Positions 17,089 to 25,979 of a stretch of 64,000 nucleotides of DNA are shown here, piece by piece; position 1 is the first letter of the stretch, and the number at the start of each line of letters is the position of its first letter. The DNA is taken from IMG/VR virus record IMGVR_UViG_3300037882_003354, positions 258,513-322,512 of that record. One strand, 5' to 3'. The position numbers were made by a program, and so were the translations under genes. The notes beneath the pieces were generated by a model. The model was not told the origin of the DNA. It saw nothing but the letters and a program-made list of their open reading frames with translations, and made no database searches.

Positions 17089-17975
17089 TGTAGGTGGTCC
17101 ATGATAAATCTAAACCACTCACGAGTACCTTCTTGCACAGCAGGTGCAGGGTAGAATTTTTCAACAGCCTTCCACTTTTCGGGATATCGTTGCAGGGCTT
17201 TCTTGATACCAGACAGACTGGATATGTCTCGGGCCGATGCTTCAGGTCCAATCAGGAACTGGGCAATTTTATCCTTCTCAGCACCACTGGCCACCACTTG
17301 CCCAGTCTCACGGTCCACCAACCCGTGGTCCGGACTGAATTGAAAGTTGCCCTTGGTCTCACCAGTCTTGGGATCCACTATTTGTTTTTGGCTGCTGACC
17401 TTGGCCAGTGCAGGGTAGATCTCATTCCACAAATCACCGCCACGCATGCCTGCATCCTGGCTGAAATCATGTGTGTGCAGACTCCAGCCTGCGCGTGGTC
17501 GCACAATGAGGTCTATGGAATAACTTTTACCACCGGCTGTATAATGCACAGTGAGTGTGCCAGGGTCTGTATCCATGCCGTTTGTGGTCATGTAGTCAGC
17601 CAGGGCAGCCTTGCTGGCGCTCATTTGCAATTTGGCTTTTTTTGCAGGATCTGACAGGGCGTTGGCCATGGCCTTGGGACCCATGGGCTTGTCAGAGGCG
17701 GCATTCCATTGTTCTATGTCGGCTGGAAACTTTTGCAGCAGTTCCTGTGGGTCGATCATGATGTCGATGTCGCCAGAATCTGTGCGTAATGTGCCTGGAT
17801 AGGGATGCTCGGGATCAAAACTGCCAGCACCACCAGATGTCCACCCTGCCGCTATGCCGGCTTTTTGCAATATGGGATTTATTTTAGCCTTGGCTGCAAG
17901 GTATGCTGCCTTGTCCACACGACTTAGGTCAACTCCTGCTGAGGCAAGGCGCTTGCCGGCTTCTTGTATGGTCAT
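17085..17975 (-). CDS. Pol-beta-superfamily nucleotidyltransferase (putative)
   Basis: GAGSF...SGDIDIMID and YSIDL. Confidence 0.55.
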   Translation of the reverse strand: MTIQEAGKRLASAGVDLSRVDKAAYLAAKAKINPILQKAGIAAGWTSGGAGSFDPEHPYPGTLRTDSGDIDIMIDPQELLQKFPADIEQWNAASDKPMGPKAMANALSDPAKKAKLQMSASKAALADYMTTNGMDTDPGTLTVHYTAGGKSYSIDLIVRPRAGWSLHTHDFSQDAGMRGGDLWNEIYPALAKVSSQKQIVDPKTGETKGNFQFSPDHGLVDRETGQVVASGAEKDKIAQFLIGPEASARDISSLSGIKKALQRYPEKWKAVEKFYPAPAVQEGTREWFRFIMDHLQ

Positions 17976-17976
17976 T

Positions 17977-18354
17977 TTATTGCCCCAGTTTGTACTTGTC
18001 CTTGATCACATCCTCTTGGAAGTGGTCAAACAGTTTTTCGCACATGTCTTTTTGTAATTCCTTGGTGAATATCTTTTCAGGATGGCCTGTCAAATCAGCA
18101 TGCTTGTAATATTCCATGCATCCTTTCTTGACCATGGGCATGAACTCTTGTACCAGTGAGTCTTTGTCCAAGGTATCATGTTTTTTGTGTGCCTGTTGCA
18201 TTTTCTTGGCCAGCGGCAGCAAGTAGTCTTTATGCAATCTGTCATGATCCACAATATACCAAAATAGGTCATCACCTATGTTTTTTTCTTTGTGATCCTT
18301 TTCCAACTTTTTGGTTGGATTCACGGCTTTTCCGAAGAATTCATTTAACAGCAT
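17977..18354 (-). CDS. hypothetical protein (putative head-associated)
   Basis: MLLNEFF N-terminus. Confidence 0.65.
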   Translation of the reverse strand: MLLNEFFGKAVNPTKKLEKDHKEKNIGDDLFWYIVDHDRLHKDYLLPLAKKMQQAHKKHDTLDKDSLVQEFMPMVKKGCMEYYKHADLTGHPEKIFTKELQKDMCEKLFDHFQEDVIKDKYKLGQ

Positions 18355-18384
18355 ATTATATGCCCCTGTAAATTTTGTGGTGCA

Positions 18385-18801
18385 TCACCATGATCTGCAA
18401 CTCCAATAGTTGGCCTTGGTTCTGGGTCCAGGATTATCGCAATGATGCCTTGCTCGGTAACTTCGTCTACGAGCAGGGTTGGATTTCTTAATACGCATGG
18501 TTTTGTCGCCAAAATTTACTTTTTTAATGTTGCCAGTCTTGGGATCCTTGACAAAGACCTTAGACTTTTTAACATCGCCAGCCATTTTTTTGTTCAAGGT
18601 GACTTTACGCCCGTGATATTCGGCTTCAGTCAAGTCAGTGATGGGCAAGTAGGCCAGGGCAATGGCATCGATGCTGATGACGGGTCCGTCATCTCGCATG
18701 CCGATGACAATGGTTTCTAACACAATGTCATCCAGTTCTAATTCAAAGACATCGCCCTCTTGGAGGTCATCTGAATTGGTCAATAGGTCGCTAAAACGCA
18801 T
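18385..18801 (-). CDS. acidic pro-region plus basic C-terminal domain; putative internal head protein
   Basis: MRFSDLL..LQEG..LTEA then KKVNFGD..RRRSYRARHHC..ANYWSCRSW. Confidence 0.65.
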   Translation of the reverse strand: MRFSDLLTNSDDLQEGDVFELELDDIVLETIVIGMRDDGPVISIDAIALAYLPITDLTEAEYHGRKVTLNKKMAGDVKKSKVFVKDPKTGNIKKVNFGDKTMRIKKSNPARRRSYRARHHCDNPGPRTKANYWSCRSW

Positions 18802-18826
18802 AATACTCTCCGTGCAGAGTATTTAT
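18802..18826 (-). promoter_or_regulatory. late promoter (ATAAATA) embedded in an RBS-sequestering hairpin
   Basis: AATACTCT-GCACGG-AGAGTATT immediately before ATG 18801. Confidence 0.65.
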
Positions 18827-18848
18827 TACATTTTAATCAAATGAAAAT

Positions 18849-19244
18849 TTAGTGATTGTACAGTATGGACTCTACTGACCCAGCGTCGATGGCAACATAC
18901 CCACGCACCCAGACAAAGTTACCGGTGAAATTAAAGTAATCCACTGTGCTGGTGTTTCTAAAATTACCGAATGTATAGTTCACGGTGGTGTTGGTCACTG
19001 TGAACCAGTCAGATTCCACAGGGCTAGTGGCCAGGCTGGCCTGCATGGTCACAGTGCCAAAGAATTCAGGGCTGGCGGTGTACATGACTGTGTGCAGTCC
19101 ATCGCTGCTGCCGTAATACCCATCGCCCTGTACTGGCAGACTGGTATACACCAGGGTGGATGTTGCAGAATTGGGGTATACAACAGCCACACTGCTGGTG
19201 CTGTTGTATATTGAGAATGTTAATCCTTGGCTTAGGGCTGGCAT
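18849..19244 (-). CDS. beta-rich putative virion structural protein
   Basis: S/T/V/Y-rich, FTGNFVWVR; TATAAATA at 19267-19274 upstream. Confidence 0.6.
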   Translation of the reverse strand: MPALSQGLTFSIYNSTSSVAVVYPNSATSTLVYTSLPVQGDGYYGSSDGLHTVMYTASPEFFGTVTMQASLATSPVESDWFTVTNTTVNYTFGNFRNTSTVDYFNFTGNFVWVRGYVAIDAGSVESILYNH

Positions 19245-19936
19245 GACATTTCCTGTTCTAGTTCAGTATTTATACTATCTCGCGTTATAAACTTGGTCAC
19301 AGACTGCACAGCATCTCCCATGAACATGCCCACCATGGTCAACAATTGACTGTCTTCCACGTACAAGAAGGGTGTTTGAACCCATCCACGATTGCCGCGA
19401 AACCACTCGGTGTTATTTTTAGAAACGTTGAATCGGTCTCCATAATTGCGAGACCAATCGTAAAACTTCTGTCTGAGTTCTCTTGTTGTGGTGTGTTTAA
19501 AAATCACCTTGTACATATACCGACCGTGTGGCAAGTCATCGCACAGCACGGCCTTGTGTCCATTCTCCAGGATAAAATCCAATTCAGTGTCAGTGTCGGG
19601 AGAATGAATCTCGGTAATCCACGGATTCAATGCTGTGGTAATCTGATTTAGCAAACCCACATCACCGCAAAATATATTAAAATGACGCCCCTCCACACGA
19701 GATTTTACATCAGTTCTGTTCAAAAACGGCTGTATTGCATGGAAGAATGTCCGTAGTTCTTGAGGATTGGCATTGATATGATTCTTACCGTAGGTGGCCC
19801 ATGATCCACCCATCATCAACCGTGATTGAGAGGTGTTACTGGCCCGCATGAGCTGGCTGGCGCCGTTGATCACGCAGCACACCTTGTAGGGCCATTTTTT
19901 GTAAAACAGCCGATTAGTTTTCAACTGGCGTGGCAT
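19232..19936 (-). CDS. hypothetical protein
   Basis: ORF between clpA and the structural gene; likely ATG 19936. Confidence 0.7.
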   Translation of the reverse strand: MPRQLKTNRLFYKKWPYKVCCVINGASQLMRASNTSQSRLMMGGSWATYGKNHINANPQELRTFFHAIQPFLNRTDVKSRVEGRHFNIFCGDVGLLNQITTALNPWITEIHSPDTDTELDFILENGHKAVLCDDLPHGRYMYKVIFKHTTTRELRQKFYDWSRNYGDRFNVSKNNTEWFRGNRGWVQTPFLYVEDSQLLTMVGMFMGDAVQSVTKFITRDSINTELEQEMSCQP

Positions 19937-22181
19937 CACTTTTAACCTTGACAACTGGTAAAATGTCTACAATATTGAGTTTTAACTTATCGGCTTCTAC
20001 CGACACCTCAACCATCCCGCCGTTGACCAGACGTCCGAACAGGATCTCCTTGCTCAATGGTTTCTTGATCATGTCATCAATGACACGCTGTAGCGGACGA
20101 GCTCCCATCTTGGGATCAAATCCGCGGCTGATCAGGTATTCCACGGCTGCGGCGTTGGGTTTGATATGAATGTTCTTTTCTTTGACCAGGGTGTTGAGAT
20201 CATCAACAAACTTCTTGACGATCTTGGCCATGGTCACATGATCCAGCTTGCCGAATCTAATGACACCATCCAGTCGATTGCGGAACTCTGGTGCAAAGAA
20301 CTTGTTGACAGCATCCTTGGGATCACTATCTCGTTCCAGGCTACCAAATCCCACACCGTTTTTGTCGGCATCAGCAGCACCCAGGTTGCTGGTCATGATG
20401 ATGATAGCGTTGCGCCCATCGGCCCGCTTGCCATTGCTGCCCGTGATGAATCCGTTGTCCATCAACTGCAACATGATATTCAGCACATCAGGGTGGGCCT
20501 TTTCCACTTCGTCCAGCAGCAGAATACAATTGGGATTTTCCTGGAGATTGGTGATCAGTTGTCCAGCATTGTCATCGAAACCCACGTAGCCCGGTGGGCT
20601 GCCGATAAACTTGGCCACTGAGTGCTTCTCTTGAAACTCACTCATATCAAATCGGATCAACTTGGTGTTCAGATTGGAGGCCAATTGTTTGGCTGCCTCA
20701 GTCTTGCCCACACCGGTGGGTCCCACGAACAGGAAACTGCCCACGGGTTTATTGGGAGACTTCAATCCAGCCTGTGCAATAAAGATTTTATCCAGCAACA
20801 CTTCGATAGCTTTTTCCTGTCCGAACACCTTGGACTTCATGTTTTTCTCCAGGCCAGTTAGGTTGACGCTCTCTTTGTTTGAGATCTGATCCACCGTCAA
20901 GTTGGCAATTTTGCTCACCTCGAACAAAATTTCATCGTGATCCACAATACCACCCACCTCGTCACGTACTTTGAACCTGGCACAAGCGCAGTCGATTAGA
21001 TCGATGGCCTTGTCGGGCAATTTTTTATCTGCCATGTATTTCACGCTGTACTTGACAGCATCAGCAATGGCCTGACTGGTGATTTTGACACCGTGGTGCT
21101 TTTCATAATACTTCTTGAGACCCTTGAGGATTTTGATGGCAGTGGCTTCATCAGGCTCGTCGATGGTCACACGCTGGAACCGGCGCATGAGCGCACGATC
21201 CTTTTCAAAGTACTTGCGATACTCTTCCCAGGTGGTGCTGGCAATGACCTTGATGCCGCCCTTGCCCAGTGCAGACTTCAACATGTTGGCCATGTCGTTA
21301 CTGCCACCATTGGATGCACCTGCACCATTCATCATGTGCGCTTCATCGATGAACACAATACAGTTGCCCTTCTTTTCCACGGCATTGATCACTGACTTGA
21401 GTCTTTCCTCAAAATCACCACGGTACTTGCTGCCTGCCAGCATGGCTGAGATGTCCAGACTGTAAACTGTGTGATCCTTGATAAAGTTGGGCACATTGCC
21501 TTCATGAATTTTACGAGCAATGCCTTCTGCGATGGCTGTCTTGCCCACGCCTGGATCACCAATCAAGATGGCATTGGCCTTGGTACGCCGTGCCAACACC
21601 AGTTCGATTTCTTCAATCTCTCGATCGCGGCCAATCACAGGGTCAATCTTCTTGGCCTTGGCACGGGCACTAAGGTCTGTGCAAAATTGTGCCAACATTT
21701 TATCTGAATGCACTGATCCCCTGGTGGGGGCAACCTCATCCTCATCTTTAATTGATGTCTTACTGATGAACTCTACAAAACGATCTTTTTCAATGTTTGC
21801 TTTTTTTACAAAGAAGTTGGCATGGCTGGACTTTTCGGAGAACATGCTGATGAAGCAATCCATGGGTTCAACAGTGCGCCGGCCACTGAACAACACTTGT
21901 GTGAATGCTCGATTCAACATTCGATCCACAGTGGATGTTTTTCTAGGTTTCACGTTACCGTTGGTCACAATGTTCTGTAAATCAACAGCGATGTAAGACT
22001 CCAGGTCTCGTTTTAGGTCGTCTACATTTGCACCAAATGTGCCCAGAGTTTCTGCAAAGGTAGTGTTGCCCAGCATGCAGTATAAAAAATGTTCAAGGGT
22101 AATGTATTCGTGATTATTATCACTGGCTAAAATTACAGCATCTTCAAAAATCTGTTCTAACTCTTTATTGGGTTCCAACAT
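19914..22181 (-). CDS. clpA: ClpA-type AAA+ ATPase (Hsp100)
   Basis: HEYITLEH N-domain, two Walker A motifs (GDPGVGKT, GPTGVGKT), FDMSEF, VGFG loop, MGARPL. Confidence 0.93.
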   Translation of the reverse strand: MLEPNKELEQIFEDAVILASDNNHEYITLEHFLYCMLGNTTFAETLGTFGANVDDLKRDLESYIAVDLQNIVTNGNVKPRKTSTVDRMLNRAFTQVLFSGRRTVEPMDCFISMFSEKSSHANFFVKKANIEKDRFVEFISKTSIKDEDEVAPTRGSVHSDKMLAQFCTDLSARAKAKKIDPVIGRDREIEEIELVLARRTKANAILIGDPGVGKTAIAEGIARKIHEGNVPNFIKDHTVYSLDISAMLAGSKYRGDFEERLKSVINAVEKKGNCIVFIDEAHMMNGAGASNGGSNDMANMLKSALGKGGIKVIASTTWEEYRKYFEKDRALMRRFQRVTIDEPDEATAIKILKGLKKYYEKHHGVKITSQAIADAVKYSVKYMADKKLPDKAIDLIDCACARFKVRDEVGGIVDHDEILFEVSKIANLTVDQISNKESVNLTGLEKNMKSKVFGQEKAIEVLLDKIFIAQAGLKSPNKPVGSFLFVGPTGVGKTEAAKQLASNLNTKLIRFDMSEFQEKHSVAKFIGSPPGYVGFDDNAGQLITNLQENPNCILLLDEVEKAHPDVLNIMLQLMDNGFITGSNGKRADGRNAIIIMTSNLGAADADKNGVGFGSLERDSDPKDAVNKFFAPEFRNRLDGVIRFGKLDHVTMAKIVKKFVDDLNTLVKEKNIHIKPNAAAVEYLISRGFDPKMGARPLQRVIDDMIKKPLSKEILFGRLVNGGMVEVSVEADKLKLNIVDILPVVKVKSDATPVEN

Positions 22182-22681
22182 TATCTATAATTCCTTTTTT
22201 TGGTTTTTTTAACAGCCAATGCCCACTTGAGCACACTGACACGATCTTGATAAACAATACCTTCCAAATGATCTAATTCATGTAGGAAGCATTTGCAGTT
22301 GTATCCGTCGAACTCTGATTCTTGTAGTTCCCCTTGGGAGTTTTGCCATCTTGCAATTATTTTCTTTGGACGTTTGATGTTAACATAAACATTGGGAAAA
22401 CTCAAACATCCTTCTTCCAAATCGTCAGTCTCATCCACAGTGGCCACCACCATGGGATTGAAGAACGCTTGCACCGTGTCAGGATTGTCTCGGTGGCCCA
22501 TGACAAACATTCGAGCACGGATGCCCACTTGGTTGGCAGCCAGTCCAATGCCATCATGTGTCAACATGGTGTCCGCCAGGTCTTTTTCCAGTTGCACAGG
22601 ATTCAGGCTGGGATTTGCAAAATCAAATTCGGGCACACGCTCCCGCAAGATATCATTGGGAAATTTAATTATTTTCAACAT
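22181..22681 (-). CDS. def: peptide deformylase
   Basis: GIGLAANQVG, EGCLS, HELDH. Confidence 0.96.
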   Translation of the reverse strand: MLKIIKFPNDILRERVPEFDFANPSLNPVQLEKDLADTMLTHDGIGLAANQVGIRARMFVMGHRDNPDTVQAFFNPMVVATVDETDDLEEGCLSFPNVYVNIKRPKKIIARWQNSQGELQESEFDGYNCKCFLHELDHLEGIVYQDRVSVLKWALAVKKTKKRNYR

Positions 22682-22689
22682 GCTGATAT

Positions 22690-23532
22690 TTAATTAATGA
22701 ATTGACGCAGTAATTCTTTTTGTCGATCAGACAGACCCACGGGCACAGTTATGTTGACACTGAGCAACATGCGACCTTTAAATCGGTTGTCCGATGCCTT
22801 GGGCATGCCATACCCTGCGGCCGCCAACACTTGACCGTGCTGTGTCCCGGGATTGATTTTAATTTCCAAGGTGCGCTGATCCAGAGTGGTCACGTTGATT
22901 GTGGTGCCCAGCATGGCGTCAACACAATTTAAACTTAGATTGGTCATCAGATCATCGCCCTGACGTTGAAATACAGCATGTGGCTGTACATGTATAGTAA
23001 GGTGTAAATCTCCTCTGGGCAGGTTTACGTGGGCGTCATCTCCCAGCCCCTGCAATCGCAGCGTGACCCCATCGTGGACACCAGCGGGTATCCTGACCTC
23101 CACCACTTGATCCCTACCACTGGGCAATCGCAATGTGGCAATCAAATCCTTGCCATGAAACGCTTCCTCCAGAGTTATTGAGGTTTGAATATTCAGTGTT
23201 CTGTTGCGCGGGGGCGGCTGTGGCGCACGCTGTCCAAAAATATCACCAAATGGATTACCATGCCCAAAGGCATGCGACATGAAATCTGACATTGGATCCC
23301 GCCCCTGCTGGAATCCTGGAGGAAATCCCTGTGGTTGTGGGTTGTCGTATTGTTGCCGTTTGCCAGGATCACTCAGCGTGGCATATGCCTCTTGAATTTT
23401 TTTAAATTCGGTGTCGTCCCCACCTGTGCGGTCAGGGTGATGTCGCATGGCCAGTTTGCGATAGGATCGTTTGATGTCTTCTTCAGAAGCATTTCGCTCG
23501 ACACCTAGTATTTGATAGTAATCTGTGGTCAT
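22690..23532 (-). CDS. DnaJ-class co-chaperone lacking the zinc finger (class B/CbpA-like)
   Basis: DYYQILGV, HPD motif, G/F-rich linker, C-terminal GDLHL/GDDL. Confidence 0.92.
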   Translation of the reverse strand: MTTDYYQILGVERNASEEDIKRSYRKLAMRHHPDRTGGDDTEFKKIQEAYATLSDPGKRQQYDNPQPQGFPPGFQQGRDPMSDFMSHAFGHGNPFGDIFGQRAPQPPPRNRTLNIQTSITLEEAFHGKDLIATLRLPSGRDQVVEVRIPAGVHDGVTLRLQGLGDDAHVNLPRGDLHLTIHVQPHAVFQRQGDDLMTNLSLNCVDAMLGTTINVTTLDQRTLEIKINPGTQHGQVLAAAGYGMPKASDNRFKGRMLLSVNITVPVGLSDRQKELLRQFIN

Positions 23533-23533
23533 G

Positions 23534-23568
23534 AAAAAAGGTATAGTAAACTTAATATACTATACCTT
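23534..23568 (-). terminator. 11-bp hairpin plus U-tract after the lysis cassette, overlapping the dnaJ promoter
   Basis: AAGGTATAGTA-N9-TACTATACCTT followed by TTTT on the minus strand. Confidence 0.5.
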
Positions 23569-23582
23569 CCCGTGGGAGTCAA
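23554..23582 (-). promoter_or_regulatory. sigma70-type promoter for dnaJ-def-clpA
   Basis: TTGACT-17bp-TATATT. Confidence 0.6.
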
Positions 23583-23591
23583 ATGATTATA

Positions 23592-23909
23592 TCATGGTTC
23601 ACCCAGTGGGGTATTTCCATTATTGGCACCAATCATTTTTTCTTTAGTACGTCCATATGCACTGATGCCCAGTATGGTTCCCATGGCCAGGTGGAACAAT
23701 CCTGCGCCCTGCAGGGTCAATGGTTGCCATTGATTGGTGATCACACCATGCAGTAAACTTTGCATGGCGCTCCATAACACTGGCGCCACTACAAAATCAA
23801 ATACACACACCACCAGGTACATCCAACCCATGGAAGGTCGCCACTTGGACTGTATCCAATGTTCTGATTTGTGTTCTTCTGATAGCGTATGTTCCACATG
23901 GTCTGTCAT
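23592..23909 (-). CDS. holin-like membrane protein
   Basis: WRPSMGW, hydrophobic helices, GISAYGRTKEK; next to endolysin. Confidence 0.75.
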   Translation of the reverse strand: MTDHVEHTLSEEHKSEHWIQSKWRPSMGWMYLVVCVFDFVVAPVLWSAMQSLLHGVITNQWQPLTLQGAGLFHLAMGTILGISAYGRTKEKMIGANNGNTPLGEP

Positions 23910-23910
23910 G

Positions 23911-24534
23911 TCAGGCTCCTAGAATTTTTAGTGCACGGGCATAATTAGTCTTGCGTTCTTCAAGACCCAGTGTGCCACCATTGATGCGTTTGGTCATGGT
24001 CAGGATGTCGCCGGTGTCAGCATATTGGTTGAGTTTGTTCTCTTTCCAGAACCAGCAAGCAGATTGAACTGCGCCTTCGATGGTGGTCAAAAACTCAGGC
24101 ATGAGATTGATGTCGCGTTTGATGCTAGCGGCAAATGCTTGTTGATTTGCTCGGCCAGTCAGTTGAATCAATCCACGACCACAAAATTTTGCTCCATCAC
24201 CGCTGGCCTCGTCGCCATTGCCCATGCGGTTTGCATATGCACGATTGGCTATCATTTCTGGTTTGTGAGCATACTTGTTGGCAGTCACCAGGTCTGGGAA
24301 ATGCTTGGGCCACACACGCATGAGGCTTTCTGCCCGATAGTTCAAGTTCTCTTTAAGAAATTTAAATCCACCGCTTTCATGTCCACACTGAGCAACAAAT
24401 GCAGCCACGCGTTGCTTGCTGTTGATGTCATATTGTGGCAACAACTTGGCCATGGCCTCGTGCCACTTGTCTATGTTGGCGTTGCCAGGTATAAGTTGAG
24501 CCAACTGTTCTTTGCTTGGTATAAAATCTGACAT
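23911..24534 (-). CDS. glycoside hydrolase family 19 endolysin
   Basis: AQCGHESGG, ENLNY, GRGLIQLTG, TKRINGG. Confidence 0.92.
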   Translation of the reverse strand: MSDFIPSKEQLAQLIPGNANIDKWHEAMAKLLPQYDINSKQRVAAFVAQCGHESGGFKFLKENLNYRAESLMRVWPKHFPDLVTANKYAHKPEMIANRAYANRMGNGDEASGDGAKFCGRGLIQLTGRANQQAFAASIKRDINLMPEFLTTIEGAVQSACWFWKENKLNQYADTGDILTMTKRINGGTLGLEERKTNYARALKILGA

Positions 24535-24554
24535 TATGTACCCCTTTAACTTAT

Positions 24555-24809
24555 TTACGCCAAACTTGCCAAAGTTATCAACCCAGTTAATGCAACATTT
24601 ATAAGTTCAGTAACCTCCATGTTGTCCATGTTTTTGTTGATATCGTTGGTTTTTACAATGTCATCAATCAATTGTACATACTCAGCCTGTGTAAGTAGTC
24701 CACATTTGAGCAATTCAGTGTATTGATTGGCAGTCTGTGCCGCACTTTGCAAAGCAGCATCCTGCGATCCATGCGATAGTAACGATTGTTGAAGTTGATC
24801 CATGTTCAT
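24555..24809 (-). CDS. hypothetical protein
   Basis: ORF in lysis cassette. Confidence 0.65.
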   Translation of the reverse strand: MNMDQLQQSLLSHGSQDAALQSAAQTANQYTELLKCGLLTQAEYVQLIDDIVKTNDINKNMDNMEVTELINVALTGLITLASLA

Positions 24810-25222
24810 CTTGGTCTAGCTCCTATAATGGTTTGCATTCTGTCTGCAGATGTTTCCATGCTTTCAAATTTGATCTTGCAAAATGCCGGGCTGACCTTGG
24901 CGGCATTGGCATACTGATTGTCTAACCCTTGTGCAATTTCCTGCAAGTTCTTGGAAGATTTGATTAATGCATCATTTCTTGGTATATGTTCGCTGTACAA
25001 CGCGAACATCGTGATGTCCAGTGACAACTTGCTGGCATGCATCTTGCTGACCACTGGGTCATTGCATTGTTCTTTATAATGCCTGGCTTGCGCCCGAATG
25101 CCAGTTATTAGTTCGTACTCGTTGGAATCGTAGGGTGCCATTTGATATGCATCTACCACTGCGCAACCGGACAGCGCCAACAAGACTGAAGCAGCCAGCA
25201 TGAACTTTTTCATATGAACCAT
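24806..25222 (-). CDS. lipoprotein
   Basis: signal peptide with lipobox LSGC. Confidence 0.7.
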   Translation of the reverse strand: MVHMKKFMLAASVLLALSGCAVVDAYQMAPYDSNEYELITGIRAQARHYKEQCNDPVVSKMHASKLSLDITMFALYSEHIPRNDALIKSSKNLQEIAQGLDNQYANAAKVSPAFCKIKFESMETSADRMQTIIGARPR

Positions 25223-25224
25223 CC

Positions 25225-25497
25225 TTATTTGATGTTAGTGTGTATATTTTTCTGTGCGTTGTACCATTCTATCCAGGTGTCAACTTTTACCTTGCACTGG
25301 TGGTATTGACCATAATTTTCAGTGACCACTGTGATCACACTGCTCAATTTGGCACCATCTGGGTTTACTTTTTTTAAATCCGGACATGTTTCCAGGAGTT
25401 CCTTGGGAGCATCAGGAAACTTGACCGCCACTGGCACAGTGGCTTGCATGCATCCTGTCAATAGGATCACAGGAAGTAGTATGGATAGTCTGTTCAT
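25225..25497 (-). CDS. o-spanin (Rz1-like lipoprotein)
   Basis: lipobox LTGC, Pro-rich, ENYGQYHQC. Confidence 0.75.
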   Translation of the reverse strand: MNRLSILLPVILLTGCMQATVPVAVKFPDAPKELLETCPDLKKVNPDGAKLSSVITVVTENYGQYHQCKVKVDTWIEWYNAQKNIHTNIK

Positions 25498-25979
25498 TGT
25501 GTGTTTTCCTCTGCAGGTGTGGCTGGTGGAGTGAACGGATTTGTTGCAGCATCATTGAGTATCCGGGGCACTTCGGGATCCAGCACACATGCTTGATCTA
25601 TTCTCTTTTCTATTTCTTTGATACGTTCGCGGTACACTATTTGTCTGTTGATGATCACCTGCTGTTTCTTTTGTCGTTCAATTGAGAGTTTTTGGTTGAG
25701 GTCTTGCGATTCTGTTGCAGCCTGGTCCAGTTTGACCTGCAGGTCCGCCACACGTTGACGCCACACTTTCTCAGTGTCGTAACTGCCATAAAAGTATACC
25801 CCGGCTATGATGGCTATCAGCCCTATTGCTTGTAACGGTGCTTTATAAAATACCAGGGTGGGAATGAATCTGCACGCTGTACCAATCACATACACTGCAA
25901 TGCCGCCAAATAATATGGATAATACTGCTGTGTACAACCAAGTGTCTGGAATAAACGACAGCATCCACATGGCTACCAC
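25494..25979 (-). CDS. i-spanin (Rz-like)
   Basis: N-terminal TM helices, periplasmic coiled coil, C-terminal Cys; directly upstream of o-spanin. Confidence 0.7.
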   Translation of the reverse strand: MVAMWMLSFIPDTWLYTAVLSILFGGIAVYVIGTACRFIPTLVFYKAPLQAIGLIAIIAGVYFYGSYDTEKVWRQRVADLQVKLDQAATESQDLNQKLSIERQKKQQVIINRQIVYRERIKEIEKRIDQACVLDPEVPRILNDAATNPFTPPATPAEENTQ

